64,000 nucleotides of DNA from the human T2T-CHM13v2.0 reference genome, Homo sapiens, in assembly GCF_009914755.1 (NCBI RefSeq), contig NC_060935.1; one strand, 5' to 3'. Positions 57,901-64,000 of the stretch are shown in pieces; the stretch's first letter is position 1, and each line of letters opens with the position of its first letter. Position numbers and translations under genes: made by a program. The notes beneath the pieces were generated by a model. That model searched no databases. It was not told the origin of the DNA and saw only the letters and a list, made by a program, of their open reading frames with translations.

Positions 57901-58829
57901 ACAGTTCCAGGTATCATACCAAACACCCCAAAACCAATTCCTGTCCTCCAACTCTTTCCTTTCCCCAAATTAACAGATAGATACAAAAATAATAATAAAC
58001 TGGTATTTCCCCCTTGAACACCATAATGTTTTAAAGTAATCAGAATTTTTACACCTTCATGTTTTGAGTTGTGAGCGTGTGCTTCTAATCAAAGCTTAAT
58101 GTGGGTGTTGTATTTTAGGGCTAGAATGGCACACATGTGAATTATGGAGTCACCACATTTCGTTTCTTGGTTATTGACAAAAGTAATGTAAATCTAAAAA
58201 CTTCAGAATGTTCATAGGAGAATATATGTGGGTTGCTATGGTTTGGTATTTTTAGGAGTTATTAAAACATTGTGACAGTAGTTATAGATTCAATTTTACA
58301 GGTTGTTTGTATTGTACATTTTTGTCATTCCCTTTTGGGCCATAAATAAATGCTTATTTTTTAAATCTTTTGATTTTATAACTTGAAATAATTGTTTCTA
58401 TGATGAAAAACGATGAATTTGAAATTCAATATTTCTATGTCTGTTAAAGATTATTTTTGTTCTCAGATTTTCTGATATGAGACAAGCTTTCAGCTGTCAC
58501 AAAATGTATTCCATCTTTTTCATCTTCTGAATGAAAATTGCTAAATTCTTTCAAGCTGCTCAGTAATTAAAAATAATTTCTTTACTAATTTGGACACAGT
58601 TGATTCAGCCCAGAGCCTCCTTGAAATCAAATAATGTAAACCACCAAACAGGTTTTTAGCTAAAAGAATAGAAAGGAAAATCTGATTAAACTGCTAAAAT
58701 ATTCAGAAATTCTATTTGAGTTTCTGGACGCTAAAAGAGTTGCTTAATAAGACATTGCCAAATTATTTTAAAGATTAAAATAGGTATTTTCAGTATGAAT
58801 ATTTGTATGAAAATATTAAAATTCTACAT

Positions 58830-59350
58830 TACAATATGAGAGAACATCTTCCAAATATTTGTCTCTTGACCTACTCCTGGGAGGTTGTCTCTAAGACGTT
58901 AGAATATTCTGCCTGATAAGAGGGTCACTGGGGACGTGGCCATACAGGTTGGCTTATTTTATCAATATGAATTATCATGAGGTCCTTGGGCCAGGTGGTG
59001 TAAGTTTGGCTTCTAGAGGAGACTAGTAACTAAGGTCAACCACATATGCAGTCAGCCGTGCTTACATGACCAGCCTCAACTAAAACTCTGGCAACGCTTC
59101 TTGCATATTGCCACACATTGTTGCTGGTAGAATAAAATGTCTGCTTGACGCCACTGAGAGAGGATCACTGGAAACTTGCACCTAGTATCTCCTAGACTTT
59201 GCCCTATGCAAATCTTCCCTTTGGTGATTCTGGTCTGTATCCTTTTGCTGTAATAAACTGTAACTATGAGTATAGCGACTTTTCTGAATTCTGTGAATCC
59301 TTCTAGAGAATTATTGAAATTTAAGGTGCTCTGGGGGCTCTCCCTAACTA
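58830..59350 (+). mobile_element. MER68/MER77/MER21-group LTR
   Basis: CCTGGGAGGTTGTCTCTAAG...CTGTATCCTTTTGCTGTAATAAACTGTAACTATGAGTATAG...CTGTGAATCCTTCTAG. Confidence 0.7.
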
Positions 59351-59639
59351 AGTTTTGAACATGTAACCTTCAAGAGTCAACAGTAACTATTCCTCATGCA
59401 CAAACTCTGCATTAATTATCTGCATGAAACTTTTTACTGTTTCTAAACAAAAACATTCTATGAAGGTTTATTGCTATTTCCCCAGCACATTAAAACATTT
59501 CCTGACACAAAGCAGGCATTCAGCAACTATTTATTAATTGAGTGAATTGATGACAAGCCTATTTTTATCCTACTGTTTCCTTTCTGTATTAAGAAAGTAA
59601 AGACTCTTTAGTCTGTTACCGTCTATTACTATCAGTCTT

Positions 59640-61665
59640 ATAATATCCATGTCAGCTACCACTCTATTTTTTTCCTTCCTTTTAGAGCAAAATTCTTTGC
59701 ATTGTCTGTGCTTACAGTCTCAAAAATCTCTCCATGCATGTTCTGATCTTCTTTTTATTTATTGTTTTCATTTTTGTTCTCTACAAATATCCTGGTTACC
59801 AATGATCTTCACATTGCTAAATTGAACAGGAAATTTCCAGGTGACATAATACTTATCAGTGGTGTTTGACAGAGTTAATTATTTCTTCATTCTTGCAAGA
59901 TTTCCTTCCTACTTGGCTTATAGGAAACAGCAGATTCTAGTTTTCCATCTACGTTTTAACTGATACTCCACATTATCTCTTGCTAGTTCTCTCCCTATCC
60001 TCTATTTCCAGGATATTCAAAAGCTTCAGAGTTACTTCTTGGAACATTTATTTTTTGAAATAAATTTTCACTTATATCCATAGTAATCTCATACATTTTC
60101 AAAAACCTAAAGTACCATATTTATGCTGATTAATTAAAATTCTATATCTCAATCTCAGACCTCTACCCTATATTCTGGACTCATATATCTAATCACTTAC
60201 TTAATGATATGGTTTGGCTGTGTCCCCACCCAAAATCTCATCTTGAATTGTAATCCCCATAATCCCAATAATCTCCATGTGTGAAGCGAGAGACCAGGTG
60301 GAGGAAACTGAATCATGGTGGCAGTTTCCCCCATGCTATTCTCCTGATAGTGAGTGAGTTCTCAGGAGATCTGATGATTTTATAAGTCTTTGGTAGTTCC
60401 TCCTGCCTTCACTTCTCCACCCTGCCACCTTGTGAAGAAGATGCCTTGCTTCCACTTTGCCTTCCACCATGATTGTAAGTTTCCTGAGGCCTCCCCACCC
60501 ATGTTGAACTGTGAGTCGATTAAACCTCTTTCCCTTATAAGTTTCGCAGTCTTGGGCAGTTCTTTATAGCAGTATGAAAATGAACTAATACAATTAACAT
60601 TTCCATTTGGATATCTACTATGCAAACCAAATTTAGCATCTAATTTTAAACATCCAAATATTCAATGTCTAAAGCTGAGCTCCTGATATTTTTTTGCCAC
60701 ATTTGCTTCTCCAAAAGTCTTTTCTATCTCAATAAATGGTAACAACAGACTTGCATTTTCTCAGATAGGCAACCATAGAGCTGCTCTTCATTCTTCTCTT
60801 TATTCATACCCTCATCCAATCCATTAAGACATCCTGTGGCCTCCAGCTTCAAATACCTGGAATGTTGTCACTTCTCATCATCCCTAGTGCCACTTTGGAG
60901 ACCTAGTCTAAACAAATATAAGCTCTTACCTTGGTCATTATCACTATTAGCCCTCTAATTGTTCTCCCAGCTTCATCCATCACCCTTTTACATTCTATCA
61001 ACACAGTCACCAGAATAATATTGTTACAATATAAGTTAAATAGGTGAATCCTCTGCTCAGAACCCTCTAATGACTTCATGCCTAACTTGGAATTAAAAAT
61101 AATTTATTAATTTTTAATAATTCCTAACTTGGAATTAAAAATAAAAATATATCTGTCTCCTATAATCACCATTACCTCTTTGATGTTATCTTCTATATTT
61201 TCTCTTTGTTTTCCACATTCAACTCACACAGTCCTCACTGGGTTTTTCTTAAAACACTGTAGGAGCACTTCTTCCTTAGGATCTTTGCATTTACCATTTC
61301 TTCCAGATGTAATGCTGCTCCTGAAGTTATCTGCATGGCTAATGTGTTCACCTCCATTAGGCTTTAGGGAGATAACACCTTCTCAATGAAGATTTTTCTT
61401 GCTACTCTAACCAAACAAGCAACCCCCACAATCCCCTTCATTAATACTTCAATACTCTTAATGTCTCTACTGTGACTTATTCTGTACCTTGACATTTATC
61501 ACCATCTGAAATGTAATGGATAGATATTTACTTATGATTTCTATTCTATAGTTCTTCCCACTACACTAGAATATAAGCTTCATAATAGCAGGATCTACAC
61601 CTTTAGTACCTAGAACAAAACCTAGCACACAGAAGTCATTCAATGAATTATTATTGAGTAACTGT
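59640..61665 (+). mobile_element. L2 (L2a-like) 3' portion split by a THE1
   Basis: ACCAATGATCTTCACATTGCTAAA...TACCATATTTATGCTGAT...; 3' end GTACCTAGAACAAAACCTAGCACACAG...CAATGAATTATTATTGAG. Confidence 0.75.
60205..60592 (+). mobile_element. THE1D-like MaLR solo LTR
   Basis: TGATATGGTTTGGCTGTGTCCCCACCCAAA...GAACTAATACA with 5-bp TSD CTTAA/ATTAA. Confidence 0.9.
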
Positions 61666-63915
61666 TAAGTAATTTATTTTTAAAAATAAGTTTTTTGTTT
61701 TTTTTTTCCAGTGGGTAAGCAGTATAGGGATACAGTACAAGCCACCACAAAAATTGCAGAATAAACATGGCAGTTGACAGTTCCCAAGTTATGCCATTTG
61801 CTAGCAGAGTGAATTACTCAAGTTTTAAAACAGGTCAAATTAGCAATTTCTATACTTGAAAGATTGATATAATAATAAAATTTCTAAAATTTACATGATA
61901 ATTAAATGAGATAACATATAAGAGTGCTTGACATTGTAGTAGATGTTCAATAGTGCCAGTTCTTATTGTTCTTGAATTAAATACCTGTGTGTATGTGTGT
62001 GAATAGCTTACAAATAATGTCAATTAATGTAATGACTGTATGCACCTCAAGAAGTCATCAGCTTAAAGGGAATTAACAAGTCTATACAAATAATAGAAAC
62101 TTGAAGCTAACCTTAGAGGCCATATATCCTAAACACTTCATTGTAAATATAAAGAAAAATCTGGATATGTTAAGTGATTTTTGATGAAGGTGGATACACA
62201 ATCCAAGTCTCCTGAGCCCTAGAGTAGTGTTCTTTGGAATCAAAACAAAAATGAGAGGATAGAAACCCTGATTTTGTCACAAATGTCCACATGAAAGGCT
62301 GAACTCTGTCCCAAAATTCTTTTAGGTGTGATAACAAGGCTACTGAGTGGCTAGAAAGAGTCTTTCAAAAACCTGAGAGTAGAGAATAGTCTAGGACAGA
62401 GGTACTTTTATTTTTCCCCTTTATTCATTTAGACAGACTGATGTGACAGTAAAGGAGAAGCTCGCCTAGCATCCAGTCATTGGTACCCAAGAGAAGACAC
62501 TAGCTGAGAATTAACTGAAGTGCAGCATGCTCCAAGGTTTGCAGCTGCGAGATTATCATAAGTCTGGGAACATAATGAGCCAGGAAGCTGAGAGCAAACT
62601 GTTTCCAATTCATGGGAAGTACATTTGTCTTATAATGGCCACAGTTGTCTTAGTGTCATTTTACTTAAAAGATGGTACCTTTATTGAATGAAGCTGGGGA
62701 AGGAAGAGCCAGCTCCAAAGACGTGCAATCATCATTGACCTGTAATTGGGCAGGCATGTTAACTGGTCAGACTGTTCCTTTGGATCTGGCTATTTAAAAA
62801 TGGAAAGAAATAAAAGGTAGCTACAGCCCTATTGCCAACTGTTTTGCAAAAGATTCAGTCAGTCTTATCTTTTGCACTTAGCAGAAACACTAGTGGTGTC
62901 ACCTGAGATGTGGAGAAATTTTATTGTCTAGGTGTAATCAGAATGGCCTGAGGCCTTTGTGAAATGCATTCTTATTGTTAAGAAAATGAAAGTATTTCAA
63001 AAAGCTCAATTGTCTCTTTTCAAAGAGAAACTCTTTCCTTTGCCAGTAATATCTACTGAATAAGCATAACTAGACTAAGTTTTTAAACTCTTCCTTCACC
63101 TAAAATGCAACTTAGAAAGATGAAAAATATCCCCACCAAACTGTATATTCTGTATCCTCTCCAATCCTATCCCTCATTGTCAAACCCAAAACAATACTAT
63201 GACAGAAAAACTACGTAACAATTATAAAAAGCTAGAATAAATTATTAATTTCTAATATCGATTCTTAGAAATTGCTGCCAATAACTGTTATGCAAAGAGG
63301 ATTATACTACTCTCCAGTTTGGCACCAAGTGGGCTTGCTATGTGTTTTCAATTAACTATGAGAAACCACAAATATCTATATAGAGAAACTGAAGGTGAAA
63401 GAATATCTACAGTTTTGCTCATTGCCTGCTTAGCTGCAATTTGATTCTCTGTTTTATTCCACAAGATAATTTTGTTAATCCATCTGATAACAAGAGGAAA
63501 AGAAAGGAAAAGATACTATGTAGCAATGTCACCTTACCTCAGTTACAGTAATGCATTTTTCAAGTATTTGATACAATGTCCTTGGTTTTGGTAGTACTGA
63601 GTCCTAATAAGAGCTATGTCCAGATATTTAGCTACACTGGTATTTGTCAGAAATTTATAAGTAGTCAATGTAAATGAGGACAGTAGGTAAAAATCACACC
63701 AGGCTGGACAATTGTTATGAAAAAAATATATTACCACTGTATCTGCCCCATTTCTGTTTTGCTTTCTATTGTCATTTGCTAATTCCCATGATTTTATGAG
63801 ATGCATTAAGTACTCAGGGATTTCACTGGCCCAAGTTTAAATTAGCATTTTCTGAAGTATGTAAGTTAGTACTTTGCCAAGACTTCATGCTGAATGGTAA
63901 ATCGACCTGTGCAAA

Positions 63916-63934
63916 ATTGCCACCAGGTGGCAGA
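63916..63934 (+). promoter_or_regulatory. Candidate CTCF binding site
   Basis: TTGCCACCAGGTGGCAG fully matches the CTCF core CCASYAGRKGGCRS and lies in non-repeat sequence. Confidence 0.65.
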
Positions 63935-64000
63935 AGTCAAATTAGGAACAAGAGGAAGTGACTAATTTGACTAAAATAAGTAATGACTTGGGATTTATTG

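Overview
This window is AT-rich, CpG-depleted primate (most likely human) genomic DNA, either intergenic or deep intronic. I see no recognisable protein-coding exon, CpG island, structural RNA gene or CRISPR array. Well over half of it is decayed transposable elements. These include about 14 Alus (J, S and Y), L1s of several ages, L2/MIR, a MER82 DNA transposon, MaLR LTRs, solo ERV LTRs (LTR2B-, LTR14B-, MER34/39-, MER66- and MER67-like) and two tandem ERVL proviral remnants with LTR33-like LTRs. Subfamily names come from recalled consensus sequences, not from a RepeatMasker run, and many boundaries are approximate. Every listed ORF is explicable as repeat-derived or chance. I cannot support a novel multi-gene system. 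The best unexplained structures are: (i) two Alu 5' ends fused into a ~53-bp-stem hairpin (33891-34025); (ii) a 56-bp templated insertion in the exact centre of an AT palindrome (14926-15008); (iii) recursive-splice-like AG|GTAA sites, the best at 17498/17499, together with a set of plus-strand noncoding exon candidates; (iv) a consensus CTCF site at ~63918; (v) twin-priming inverted L1s and stacked target-site duplications.
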